A DNA stretch of 64,000 bases from an uncultured Chlamydiales bacterium (GTDB lineage Bacteria > Chlamydiota > Chlamydiia > Chlamydiales > Rhabdochlamydiaceae), in contig OY969554.1 in the NCBI GenBank assembly GCA_963700985.1, positions 896,001-960,000 on the forward strand. Reading direction: 5' to 3'. The translations under genes and the position numbers were made by a program. Numbering within the stretch: position 1 is the first letter of the stretch; every line of letters starts with the position of its first letter. The notes under the pieces are model-generated. The model was not told the DNA's origin. It was given only the letters and a program-made list of their open reading frames with translations, and searched no databases. Shown here piece after piece: positions 9,488-19,608 of the stretch.

Positions 9488-9732
9488 AAATGTTTCCCTT
9501 GTTCTGTCTCAGTTGAGAGAACTGCGATAGCGCATTTCTCGTTTCTTCTAATAAGTGATGTAAGAGTTTTCCGGAATTCATGCAAGTTTATTTTTCATTT
9601 TTTCTTCGCAACCTGAAAAAAGAAGCGAAAAAGCGACATTTGTCAACTCAGGTAAAAAAGTGCTCTCTTGCATTTTTATGGAAGTTCAACGATTAAGAAG
9701 CAAAGAAGCTGCTTCTAAAAGGAACTCTACTA

Positions 9733-10194
9733 ATGCCTGATCAAGCACCTAAAAAAAATATCGCACAAAAACTTCTCGCAATTGGTGGAGTGAGCCTAAC
9801 TCTAATTGCGGTATTTTTACTCACTGGTGTGGTGGAGAGCCCTACTCTCTCCTCACAAGCCGAAGATGACGGATCAGATCTATTACTTGGAAAAAAGCGC
9901 GGTCATGTACATGTATCGATACAGGTGAAAGATGACCTCTGGAACGACGTTCAAGTAGTAAGCGCAACTGTAGAAGGCCACGATGTGCATCTCAAAAAGA
10001 AAGCGAATATATTTGGACAAAAAGGAACCCTCGAAACTCATCTCACGCCTGGCATGCATGCTGTGCGTTGGACAGTGACTAAACCCGCTTCCAGAAGCAA
10101 CCGAATCACGCTCTCATTTCAAAAAGATTTTAAGGTCCCCAAAAAAGGATCAGTCACTGTAGTCATTACCGGTCAAAAAGCCTCAGTTTATTAG
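9733..10194 (+). CDS. Hypothetical membrane-anchored beta-rich protein
   Basis: N-terminal TM helix; AAGGA Shine-Dalgarno. Confidence 0.65.
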   Translation: MPDQAPKKNIAQKLLAIGGVSLTLIAVFLLTGVVESPTLSSQAEDDGSDLLLGKKRGHVHVSIQVKDDLWNDVQVVSATVEGHDVHLKKKANIFGQKGTLETHLTPGMHAVRWTVTKPASRSNRITLSFQKDFKVPKKGSVTVVITGQKASVY

Positions 10195-10262
10195 GCTATT
10201 CTCGAATTGCTTAAATAATCACTATTGAATAGACTAATTATTCAAATTCTAAGAGATTTTTC

Positions 10263-11468
10263 ATGCACACAAAAACAGAAATAAAATACTTATTTCTTAT
10301 CATTGTCATCTTCATTGCTGCCTGCATTGAAACAGATATCTATCTACCCGCTTTTCCCGATATGATGATCTGGTTTTCTGCTTCAGAAGGCGCAATTCAG
10401 AGCCTACTGACCTGGAATTTTTTTGGTATTTGCATCTCCGGTCCACTCTATGGCCCTCTCTCAGACTCATTTGGCCGCAAAAAACCGTTAATGGTTGCGC
10501 TTGGAATGTTCCTAGGTGGAAGCGTCATTACTCTTTTTGCTCAGAATCTTGATCAGATGCTTTGGGGACGTATTCTACAAGGATTTGGCAGCGGAGGCTG
10601 TTTCACTCTAGGCACTGCAATTATCTTCGACGCCTTCCAGAAAAATAGAGCCATTACGGCGCTCAACAAACTTAATACGATCATCCCTCTCATCATGGCT
10701 GGAGCGCCTATGATTGGAGGATACCTCAATAATACCTACGGATTTCGCTCAAACTTCCTCGCCATCGCAATCTTCGTCCTGCTGAGCGTGCTAGTAAGCC
10801 TTTTCTTATTCGAAGAGACGCTTGCTAAAGAAAAAAGAACACCCTTTCAAGCAAAAAAGATCCTGGGAGATTTTAAACAAGCCTTTGGAAATTTGGCTTT
10901 CTGGCAGATCACGGTCGTGATCAGCGTCATATTTTCCGGATATATCGCTTTCCTTTCTGGTTCTTCTGTGCTTTTTGTAGTGGAATTTGGCATGAGCAAG
11001 ACAATCTTCCCTTTCCTCCAAGCTGCCCTCCTCGGCGGATGGGTATGTGGTAGTTTACTCCTCAACCGTTCGGTTGCCAAATGGAGCGCATTAAAAGTCA
11101 AAAATGCAGGAATACTTCTCTGCGTAATCGGTGGGTTAGGATTTGCCGCCTCGGCTTTAATTGCACCTCGCGATCCTTACCTTCTCACGTTATGGATGGT
11201 GATCTACGCTTTTGGAGCTAACTGGATCATCGGGCTCTATTTTCCAGAAGCTATGGAACTCCTTCCGCACATCAAGGGCGTCACAGCCAGCCTACTTACC
11301 AGCACAAGGCTGCTCATCGCCGCGTTGATCGTGGGCATGGCTGGCGCCCTTTATAACGCCACGATTTATCCGCTAGCCGCAATCATCTTCGGCACTATCT
11401 TAGTTATTCTACCCACGCTTCTCTTGTATGAAAGACGTCGACGACTTGATATTCCTACATCCAATTAA
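10263..11468 (+). CDS. Bcr/CflA-family MFS drug transporter
   Basis: TDIYLPAFP and GPLSDSFGRK motifs; about 12 TM segments. Confidence 0.85.
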   Translation: MHTKTEIKYLFLIIVIFIAACIETDIYLPAFPDMMIWFSASEGAIQSLLTWNFFGICISGPLYGPLSDSFGRKKPLMVALGMFLGGSVITLFAQNLDQMLWGRILQGFGSGGCFTLGTAIIFDAFQKNRAITALNKLNTIIPLIMAGAPMIGGYLNNTYGFRSNFLAIAIFVLLSVLVSLFLFEETLAKEKRTPFQAKKILGDFKQAFGNLAFWQITVVISVIFSGYIAFLSGSSVLFVVEFGMSKTIFPFLQAALLGGWVCGSLLLNRSVAKWSALKVKNAGILLCVIGGLGFAASALIAPRDPYLLTLWMVIYAFGANWIIGLYFPEAMELLPHIKGVTASLLTSTRLLIAALIVGMAGALYNATIYPLAAIIFGTILVILPTLLLYERRRRLDIPTSN

Positions 11469-11491
11469 GACTTAAGAGATTCGTATTTTGG

Positions 11492-11650
11492 ATATTAGCT
11501 TTCATCATCCCGCTTCAGATCTCCACCCCTGACGGCAGTTCTATCGTCATTACTCCCCTAAAAAGCACTGCGCAGAAACGAAAATTCAAAAATGCACTAG
11601 GAAAAATTAATAAACGGTATGGCCGCGCTTTAAAACGTTTAGCCGACTAG
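11492..11650 (+). pseudogene. Remnant of an AbrB/MazE-type antitoxin gene
   Basis: Reads ILAFIIPLQISTPDGSSIVITPLKSTAQKRKFKNALGKINKRYGRALKRLAD*. Resembles the C-terminal half of AbrB-fold addiction antidotes; no start codon. Confidence 0.55.
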
Positions 11651-11786
11651 AAAAAGAATTGGGTTAATCCCTCCGCATTAGCGTCTTCTTTTTGGAGTTA
11701 AGAAAGACATCATCCCAGAACCCACTTCTTTACTTTTTATTTTTGTTATGCAAGAAAGAAATTAAAAGGTTCTGAAAGGAGTAATT

Positions 11787-12128
11787 ATGAAATTTAAGAG
11801 AATTTTAGGAATAGTATTGATTATTGCCGGTATCGTCATGTTTTTCATGTCGAGTTACATCGCAGAGCAAGTCGCAGAAGGAAAAGGCCAAATTTCTAGC
11901 GCACAGCAAAAAGTAGATACAGGAAATAAGCTCTTCTCCCTCAACCCTACGACCAAAGAAGTGGGCAAAACCTTTTCGGGCTCTGCTCAAAAGAAAATCG
12001 ACGAGGGAAAGCTGGAAGTCACCAAATATGAAAAAATTGCTGACCTCCTGCACACCGGATCGATTGTACTTGTGATCGCAGGCGTTGTGCTTGTAATCAT
12101 GAGCTTCGTGGGCAAACGCAAGAAATAG
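11787..12128 (+). CDS. Hypothetical two-TM membrane protein
   Basis: AAGGAG Shine-Dalgarno; N- and C-terminal TM helices flanking a soluble loop. Confidence 0.75.
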   Translation: MKFKRILGIVLIIAGIVMFFMSSYIAEQVAEGKGQISSAQQKVDTGNKLFSLNPTTKEVGKTFSGSAQKKIDEGKLEVTKYEKIADLLHTGSIVLVIAGVVLVIMSFVGKRKK

Positions 12129-12135
12129 ACCGATT

Positions 12136-13219
12136 CTAGCTACCTGAAAGCAGCAGAGAGAGATCTAGGACAGCGTGTCTGATTCTTCTCTGCTCTTTAT
12201 TCCCAGACGCTTTGGCATAAGTGACATGCAACTTGCCATCTGAGGCTAAAAATCCTGAGGGAAATTCGCCTGACTCATCTAGAACATAGGGCAGGCTCCA
12301 GCTCTCCCCCCCATCTAATGAGATAGCCAAATTGAGCGGATAGCGCACGGTGTGAGAGTGATTATATAAAAGCACGAGCTTCCCCTTTCCTAAATCGACC
12401 ACGTCGATTCCGGAATCTGGATTGGGAAGAGAAGTTTGCATAAGCTCCGACCACGAAAGTCCATCATCGGTAGAAATCGCCGTCCAAATGAACCCCTTTT
12501 CTCCTATTTTATTGGCCCTATCTCGGCAAAACATGCTTAACCTCCCGCGACTATCATAAAATAGCGCGGGTTCAAGCACGCCAAACTTGCGACCAGGAAT
12601 CTCTAAAGGGCCAATTTTTTGCCATCTCCTCCCCCCCATCTTTAGAAAGATCGATCCACACTGCAGTGGCTTTTAAAACATCTTCTGGATCCCCGACAGC
12701 CATAGAAGACGGGCAAATAAGTACTCCTGAGGCTATGACAATTGGCTTGCACTTAGCAGGACCCACAATGCCTGCGGGTAAAATTTCCTCGCTCGTCCAA
12801 TTGATTCCTCCATCAAATGAGCGCTTCAGAAAACTCACAGCATTACGCGGATCTTTTCCCATACGAAAAAAGAGCAGAAGCTCGTGTTGTGATAACTTGC
12901 AAAGCACAGGATTCCAGCACACAGAGCGCGCCGCTTTGACGATCTCTTTAGGTGCAGACCATCCCTGACCCGAATCTAAAGAGAGCCAAATGCCTACATT
13001 TTCTTTGATATCGATATTGCTTTTGCCACCTCCAGGACCTCCTTTCCAGACGACACAAAAAGACCCCGATGCCGTTTCGATGAGGTCTGAGCTGTGGCAA
13101 TCAAACAGCTCTTTTTCAGACGAAAGGAACTCTTTTTTTAAGATCCACGGCTCATCTGCCCGAGCACTCATAGCCAGATTAAGCAGGAAGCAACTAACAA
13201 AAACAAAAATTGTTCTCAT
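12136..13219 (-). pseudogene. BNR/Asp-box sialidase-like protein split by a +1 frameshift in a G7 run (ORFs 12572..13219 and 12136..12639)
   Basis: Signal peptide, CWNPVL, Asp boxes SFDGGINW, STDDGLSW, SLDGGESW, and LPNPDSGID. Deleting one G at 12631-12637 restores the Asp box SKDGGRRW. Confidence 0.8.
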
Positions 13220-13349
13220 TTCAATTCACAAAAGATGATTTTTTATGACAAAATTTACACCAGAGTCCTTTTCTGCCCTAAGGAAATAGCAAGATTAGCG
13301 GGTAAAGTTTTGGACAAAAAATTTTGCTTTTCACTTTCAAGGAGCTGCC

Positions 13350-14372
13350 ATGTACTTATTAATTAAAAATTGCTTGTCTTTACTTGCATTAGGTATGTCG
13401 GTTTTGAATCCCCTACCTTTGGCATCCCAAAATACGCATGTGGTGCGCGCTGCTATCGATATAGGCTCAGGTGGGCCGAAATTACGTATCGCAGAAGTAG
13501 ACCTAGCAACCAACAAGATTGTTAAAATCCTACAGATCAAACAGTATCCTGTTATCTTCCAGGAATATCTCTCACAAAACAGCAACAAGACACTAAGTCC
13601 TGAAATTATGCATCAAGGCATCGGCGCCATCAAAGACGCTGTTGCTCTGGCAAACTCATTTGCCGTAGAAGGAATTGCCGTGATTGGGACTTCGGTGTTT
13701 CGTAATGCAGTAAATGGAGAACAATTTGCCCAAAATATTCGGATGGAAACCGGCCTTCAGGTGCATGTCCTAGACCAAGATTTAGAAGGCAAGTTAGCCT
13801 TTCAAGCCGCTTTAGCAAAGACAAGCGTGGACAACGAGAACCTGGTTGTTTGGGATATCGGGGGCGGTAGCACCCAGTTCATAGAGATGACCATAAAGGA
13901 CTCATTCCGTATTTTGGGGAGCGATGAAGGATCTGGCCCCTTCAGAGACTTCATCATCGAATCGATCCAAAAACGAAATCTTACCGCATATCGAAGCCCT
14001 AATCCCCTCTCTTTTGAACATGCGAAGAAAGCAGAAAGTCACGCCTCCTCCCTTTCATCAAAAATTGATCCTGATCTTAGGAATAAAATCTGCAAACCTA
14101 CAACAACAGTTATAGGTGTTGGAAGTGTCTTCGGCCGCGGAATTGCACCCTTGCTAGGTAAAAATCTCTTCAAGCTTGAAGACCTTAAAATTGCGGTTAG
14201 TCAATTGATAGGCAAGAACGACAAAGAGCTCGGCGGTGATTTCGCCAGCATTGAGGTTTCCAATGTCCTGCTCGTCCTTGGTTTCATGAAAGGACTTGAT
14301 ATTGACCATATGCACATTATCGATGTTAACAACGCCGATGGCGCACTGGTCTACAAGCCCTTTTGGGAGTGA
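13350..14372 (+). CDS. Ppx/GppA-family phosphatase (ASKHA fold) with signal-peptide-like N-terminus
   Basis: AAIDIGSG, GTSVFRNAVNG, EGKLAF, WDIGGGSTQ motifs. Confidence 0.8.
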   Translation: MYLLIKNCLSLLALGMSVLNPLPLASQNTHVVRAAIDIGSGGPKLRIAEVDLATNKIVKILQIKQYPVIFQEYLSQNSNKTLSPEIMHQGIGAIKDAVALANSFAVEGIAVIGTSVFRNAVNGEQFAQNIRMETGLQVHVLDQDLEGKLAFQAALAKTSVDNENLVVWDIGGGSTQFIEMTIKDSFRILGSDEGSGPFRDFIIESIQKRNLTAYRSPNPLSFEHAKKAESHASSLSSKIDPDLRNKICKPTTTVIGVGSVFGRGIAPLLGKNLFKLEDLKIAVSQLIGKNDKELGGDFASIEVSNVLLVLGFMKGLDIDHMHIIDVNNADGALVYKPFWE

Positions 14373-14397
14373 ATCTAATTTCAGCTATTTATTGTAG

Positions 14398-15069
14398 CTA
14401 GTTAAGGATAACTCTTCTGAAGGTTATTGAGATGCGCCGCTTTGAGACTTTGGTCACTCCATGGAAATAGGGAGCTTTGCGATACCTCCCTTGCAAACAA
14501 AAAACGGCACCTGGTCTTTCATCCACTGCATAGACTTGAGGAAGATCTAGGGGAGGGATCATATTCTCATCATCGCGTGCGATATAGAGATGCCCAGTCG
14601 CGTCAGCTTCAATAATAATTCCATAGACATTCTCATCAAAATAATAGCCCTTATTTGGATGATCTGAGGAATTGATATCAATATGAGGCTCGAGATGAAA
14701 TCCCCCTTCATATGAAGAGAGAATGATATTTGTAAACTCTTGCGGCGCATGACCCAAACTTTGGCAAATTATATGGCCTAACTCATTGAAAAACTCAGGC
14801 GGGGGCGAATAACTAAAATCCCCATTTTCCATCTTAAAGAAACTATATCCATACTCTCGAGTGTTCCGATGGGTGCGCCCATCATTTTGATAGGCGAGCT
14901 CCTTTTGAAGTTCTTGCATGATTTGGGGATAAAAATAGTCGATAATTTCTGGCGCAAGCTGATTTTGCGGCAAAGGTAATGCGACCTCTATTTTATGCAG
15001 TTCATCACAAAATCCGCTACTCATTACAAGCGCGAAAAACGCTCCCCAAAGCACTATTTTTTTGTTCAT
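14398..15069 (-). CDS. AlkB-like Fe(II)/2-oxoglutarate oxygenase with signal peptide
   Basis: HID (HxD), YFHGV, RISITFR motifs. Confidence 0.75.
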   Translation of the reverse strand: MNKKIVLWGAFFALVMSSGFCDELHKIEVALPLPQNQLAPEIIDYFYPQIMQELQKELAYQNDGRTHRNTREYGYSFFKMENGDFSYSPPPEFFNELGHIICQSLGHAPQEFTNIILSSYEGGFHLEPHIDINSSDHPNKGYYFDENVYGIIIEADATGHLYIARDDENMIPPLDLPQVYAVDERPGAVFCLQGRYRKAPYFHGVTKVSKRRISITFRRVILN

Positions 15070-15223
15070 GTTCTCACGGCTTTTTTAAAAACATCGAATT
15101 ATACACTAACTTGAAATTTTTATTCATATTGACTATCGCTGAAAAATTTGTTAATTCTCGGTTGATAGCCCTAGAATTTGTTCTAGTGGAAGTGGCCAAT
15201 GCCTACCCAAATGTGAATGCCGT

Positions 15224-17836
15224 ATGAAATGCCGTAATCAAATTAAGGCGCTCCTTTTACTCACCTTCCTTTCTACGAATTGCGTATTTGCAGCAGAATC
15301 TGACACCGACTCTCACGAAACTGCCAGCACAGTTTTACACAAAATCACGGATGAAGCGGTCTATTTTGGAGCAGGCACAGGTCTGGGTTCCCTCTCTTTA
15401 TGGGCTCGCATCGGGTGGGGTATCTGCTTAGTATCTCCCCTTGCCTCCACGATTGGTAACGAGTGTCTGCTCATCAGTCACCTGTGTGGTTCGGCAGCAC
15501 AACATTTGTTTGCTCACATGTTTAAAGGGGCGCCATCCACCACTCAATTTCCCATTTTTAATGGCATTCTACCTTCCCACTCTTCTTGGTATGATAATCA
15601 TGTGCGGCTTACGCAAATTCCAATGTCTTCTGATGAAGATAAAAAGCTTGTTCACTTCCTGGAAAATCGCTGGCTAGCTAAATCAACCGGTTTCTTTTAT
15701 TCAATTGCAAACTGGATTTGTCCCTGTTTTGGGGTCGATCTTCAAATCCATCCGGAGACGACAAATCACTACGCAAGAAACCCTTCAGTAAAACTCTCTC
15801 AAACTTATGAAAACAGAGTGGCAGCTTGGAAGCGCACTCTTCCACAACCTGACAATTTCCCTCTGATTTTGACCCGTCCCTGCGGCCGTGTCCAAGACTA
15901 TCTCCCCTCCTATTTCGAAGTTCTACAAAATGAAGATCTTCAGGTTTCGCTTGCGAAATTAGCATTAAAAATAAAAAACAACGATTCCAAAATTATTGTC
16001 GATTTAACAGACATTTTTTCAAGTCAGACTAGCGATCGCGATACTTGGATCAAGACTTGGGAAAGCTATCAGGCGCAGTTTGTAAAAGCTTGCGAAGAAA
16101 ATCGCCTAAATCCGCACCAGTTTCTTTTCATCCAAAGATTAGAACAAAGAGAAGTGGGGGGCATTCGCCTGCTTCCGCTTGCAACAATATCTGCCAAAGC
16201 AGTTGAACGTTCTCATCGCTCTCTCTTGAAATGGATCTCTCACTTTGGATTATCGGCTAATCGGGTCGAGCTAGATCGTCCCGATCTTCCTACCAATGCA
16301 CTTATCCAAGATTGCCACACAGCCTCGATTCCACCAAAAAAACAGTTCAAAGCAGAGTTCGTCTCATTTTTGAAAGCTTTCGAGCAGAATTGGCAATCTT
16401 CTCATCCTCAGAAGACCCTGATGCTAAAAAGCACTTTGCAAATACTTGAAGGCCTCTTTGCAAGCATTACAGAAGATAAATGGAGCGAACTAACTGCCTG
16501 CCCTACTCGCTCAGCAATTATCGACCTCAGCATCTTGAAAATAAAAGAGCAGCTTTCATTCTTGGCGCAAAATGAAGAGAAGTCTCCTTTCTTTGACATC
16601 GCGTCTCATGTTGAACAGATCCACGCTAATCTCACTTCCCTTTTAGAAATTTTTTCTCCATTTGTAGCAGAAGATTTTCCGGCTATTTATCACAATCTTC
16701 TAACTAGCATCCCCGTGAAGCTTCAACCTTTGACATCATGCGGCATTCACACGGCAGGCATGACGACGGTCGCAGGAATCCTAAAAGCGGCGGAGAAAAC
16801 TTCAAACTCCAAGCCACGCGTTCTATTTGGAGAAAACACCTATTTTGAATGCATCCTCAATGCAGAACAAGTTACCAACGCTTCTTCTGTGCTTGATGCG
16901 AACGAGGAAGATTGGAAACAAGTCGACCTTCTGCTGGCCCAATTCAATCCTGCTTTAAAAAGAATCGATCTACACCCCACGGAATATAAGGTAGAAAAGA
17001 TCGCAGAGCTTTTACATAAAGCATTGAATGCTCGCTCTGAAAAGCCCCTTACACTCGCACTAGATTGCACTCTCGATTTTATTAACTCATCACGAGTAGG
17101 CGCTTTGCTAGATGAGTTTCAAAAAGAAATCGAAAGCGGCAAGCTTAACGTCATCTGTTACCGAAGTGGCCTTAAATTCGATCTCTTTGGCATGGATAAC
17201 TACTGTGGAGCGCCTTTTTATATGATCCACAACCGAGATTCAAAGTGGGCCGCCTTTGACTCGCTTACAAACGATCTCATCTTGCAAACCGACCGTCTCA
17301 GTCTCAACTGGTTTTGTCTGGCATACAAAACCGTTGCTCCCCATCTAGAGCAGTATCGAAAACAGATTTTTGATAATACCCGAGCACTTCTAGATAAAGT
17401 GCCCTCACGGCTTTTTGATGCCCAAAGCCAATATCGAATCGTGCATGTCGAACCCGATGCCGACGCAACTTTTGTGGATATCAAGATCTCTGGCGCTTTT
17501 CATCAGCTTAGAGGATCAGCACTCGTGGGGGGCTCTCTTTATGTGCGATGTATGGAGGGCGGCCATCCGATTTTTTATCGCCCCAGCATAGGATTTTACC
17601 ATCCTAATTTCACCATGATCTTTGGCAAAGACAACACCACCATTCGCTTAACCTTAGGGCTAGATCCCACCCAAGTCGACGTATTAGCAAAATGCTTCGA
17701 AATGGTGGATACACTCAATGGTGCTTCCCCCCAAACTCTGCTTAAATTGCTGCAAGATATACCCGCCCCTGCTTTGTCGCACTCTAACTCTGCCAAGAAA
17801 AAGGAAACACTCAATGGATGCTGTCGCGCTTTTTGA
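15224..17836 (+). CDS. Large hypothetical protein with a C-terminal PLP-dependent (Cys/Met metabolism-like) domain; paralog A
   Basis: AGMTTV (cf. SGMAA), DCTL (cf. DNT), SGLKFDLFGMD (cf. SxTKYxxGHSD), terminal IRLTLGLD (cf. IRLSVGLE). Signal peptide ending VFA. Confidence 0.65.
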   Translation: MKCRNQIKALLLLTFLSTNCVFAAESDTDSHETASTVLHKITDEAVYFGAGTGLGSLSLWARIGWGICLVSPLASTIGNECLLISHLCGSAAQHLFAHMFKGAPSTTQFPIFNGILPSHSSWYDNHVRLTQIPMSSDEDKKLVHFLENRWLAKSTGFFYSIANWICPCFGVDLQIHPETTNHYARNPSVKLSQTYENRVAAWKRTLPQPDNFPLILTRPCGRVQDYLPSYFEVLQNEDLQVSLAKLALKIKNNDSKIIVDLTDIFSSQTSDRDTWIKTWESYQAQFVKACEENRLNPHQFLFIQRLEQREVGGIRLLPLATISAKAVERSHRSLLKWISHFGLSANRVELDRPDLPTNALIQDCHTASIPPKKQFKAEFVSFLKAFEQNWQSSHPQKTLMLKSTLQILEGLFASITEDKWSELTACPTRSAIIDLSILKIKEQLSFLAQNEEKSPFFDIASHVEQIHANLTSLLEIFSPFVAEDFPAIYHNLLTSIPVKLQPLTSCGIHTAGMTTVAGILKAAEKTSNSKPRVLFGENTYFECILNAEQVTNASSVLDANEEDWKQVDLLLAQFNPALKRIDLHPTEYKVEKIAELLHKALNARSEKPLTLALDCTLDFINSSRVGALLDEFQKEIESGKLNVICYRSGLKFDLFGMDNYCGAPFYMIHNRDSKWAAFDSLTNDLILQTDRLSLNWFCLAYKTVAPHLEQYRKQIFDNTRALLDKVPSRLFDAQSQYRIVHVEPDADATFVDIKISGAFHQLRGSALVGGSLYVRCMEGGHPIFYRPSIGFYHPNFTMIFGKDNTTIRLTLGLDPTQVDVLAKCFEMVDTLNGASPQTLLKLLQDIPAPALSHSNSAKKKETLNGCCRAF

Positions 17837-19055
17837 CCCGATTAGCTCGGCTGCATTTCTTAAATCTTCAGCTCAAGAGCTTGGCTTTAAAGTAGTCGCG
17901 ATTTTCACCAAACCAACAAGCGTTTTTGTAAATAGCTTTCTCACTACAGAAGAGGCTCTTTTTTCAAATTGCGACGAAGTTATTATTGCCGAAGAGAAAG
18001 ATGAAATTCTGCGCGAACTAAAACGCTCTAAATTCAACATTAAAGCTGCAATTGCAGGCCTCGATTCTGGGGTTGAGCTCGCAGATCAGATTAGTCACGA
18101 TTTGGGCCTCTGGGGAAACTCGATTGCTTTATCCCGAGCTCGCAGAGATAAGGGGGCCATGCGCCAGCAGCTTAAAAGCTCGGGTTTATCCTGTCCGGAT
18201 TTTCAACTCTGTCAGTCAGAAAAAGAGGTGCTTGCCTTTTCTGCCAAACACCCCTTTCCTCTCGTGATCAAAACTCCCCAAGGAGCAGTAACCAGCCAGG
18301 TTTATATATGCGACAGCACCGATGACTTGAAAAATAAATTTCATGACATCATGCATAAAAAAGACTTTTTTGGCGGACATGCTAAATATGCCGTGCTGGA
18401 AGAGTATATTTCAGGCAGGGAATATGCCGTAAATACCTTCAGCGATGGAGAGCACGTATATGTAACCGATATCTGGAGCTATGATAAAATCGACTCCGCC
18501 TATTTTAAAAACATCTACTATAATGTCATCTCTCTTCCCCTCGAAGATCCCGCCTTGAAATCCCTGATCGAGCAAAGCATTAAGATCGTGAAAGCATTTG
18601 CGATTCAGAGAGGGCCAGCTCATTTAGAGATTAAAGACGATCCACGTAAAGGGCCTACACTAATTGAGATTAATGCCAGACTTGCGGGAGCTAGGATTCC
18701 TCTTCTTCTAAAAAAGCATAGCAACTTCGATCCCTATAAAAAGACCATCGAAGTCTTTATTCATGGAAAAACCGAGATACCTAATCCCATCATTGTAAAA
18801 GAACACTGCGCAATCGCTTTTTTCCCACTATTTGAGGGCGGAAAAATAAATAAAATCTGTGGAATCGATGCTATTGAAAAACTCGATTCATTCCAAGAAT
18901 ATGTGCTAAACATAAAGCCGGGCGATACGCTTATTCCTTCAGTTGAGGTGACTTCGTCTCCTCTTATTGTATTTCTCGCACATCGCGACAGAACTCAATT
19001 GCTCAAAGACCTCGAAAAGGCTCACGTCCTTTTTTCCGTTAGCTTTACGTCTTAG
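17814..19055 (+). CDS. ATP-grasp ligase (L-amino-acid ligase-like)
   Basis: ATG 17814 with AAGGA Shine-Dalgarno, overlapping the upstream stop. ARRDKGAM, FPLVIKTP, EEYISGREY, GPAHLEI, LIEINARLAG motifs. Confidence 0.85.
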   Translation: MDAVALFDPISSAAFLKSSAQELGFKVVAIFTKPTSVFVNSFLTTEEALFSNCDEVIIAEEKDEILRELKRSKFNIKAAIAGLDSGVELADQISHDLGLWGNSIALSRARRDKGAMRQQLKSSGLSCPDFQLCQSEKEVLAFSAKHPFPLVIKTPQGAVTSQVYICDSTDDLKNKFHDIMHKKDFFGGHAKYAVLEEYISGREYAVNTFSDGEHVYVTDIWSYDKIDSAYFKNIYYNVISLPLEDPALKSLIEQSIKIVKAFAIQRGPAHLEIKDDPRKGPTLIEINARLAGARIPLLLKKHSNFDPYKKTIEVFIHGKTEIPNPIIVKEHCAIAFFPLFEGGKINKICGIDAIEKLDSFQEYVLNIKPGDTLIPSVEVTSSPLIVFLAHRDRTQLLKDLEKAHVLFSVSFTS

Positions 19056-19142
19056 GGGCGCGTTTTAAGAAAATTATTTTACAATTTCACTGGAGTGGCT
19101 TAGGATTCTAAGTGGTGAGTTAACTTAAACTAGGAGAATTCT

Positions 19143-19460
19143 ATGAAAAGTCTATTACTGATTCCCGTTATGTGCTTATTGTGCTTCGGTTGCACTAGCA
19201 ACGGCAACAATAGCACTGGAATGAAAAAAGAAGAAAGTTCAGCTGATTGGGAGATCACTACAAAAGTAAAAGCTTTGATTTTAGCTGATACTTCGATCTC
19301 TGCTTCGGCTCGATTAGTGTCTGTAAGCACAAGAAATGGCGTTGTAACCCTGTCAGGAAATGTACCAACTCAGTCTGATAAAGACAGAATCAACAAAATT
19401 GCTCAAAACATAAGCGGCGTTAAGAGCGTCAATAATCAGATAGCTGTTTCAAATAGCTAA
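19143..19460 (+). CDS. BON-domain lipoprotein (OsmY-like)
   Basis: Lipobox CFGC; ITTKVKALI, GVVTLSGNV, GVKSVNNQI. Confidence 0.85.
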   Translation: MKSLLLIPVMCLLCFGCTSNGNNSTGMKKEESSADWEITTKVKALILADTSISASARLVSVSTRNGVVTLSGNVPTQSDKDRINKIAQNISGVKSVNNQIAVSNS

Positions 19461-19466
19461 ATGATC

Positions 19467-19486
19467 GGGGGGAGATCACTCCCCCC
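19467..19486 (+). terminator. Hairpin after the BON gene
   Basis: GGGGGGAG-ATCA-CTCCCCCC; weak U-tract. Confidence 0.4.
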
Positions 19487-19608
19487 TCCCCTCTCCTTTA
19501 AATCTCCATACCTCAATAAACATGAACAGGAATTAAATAATATATAGCTAAAATAATTTTTATTAAATATAGAAATAATTAAGGAGTAACACGGAATAAT
19601 TTACCCAA

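Noticed and set aside
14398-15069. BesD-like radical halogenase
   Set aside because: The facial triad reads HID (HxD), not HxG/A.
17718-17813. Longer start for the ATP-grasp gene
   Set aside because: Deep overlap with the upstream gene; ATG 17814 has a good Shine-Dalgarno.
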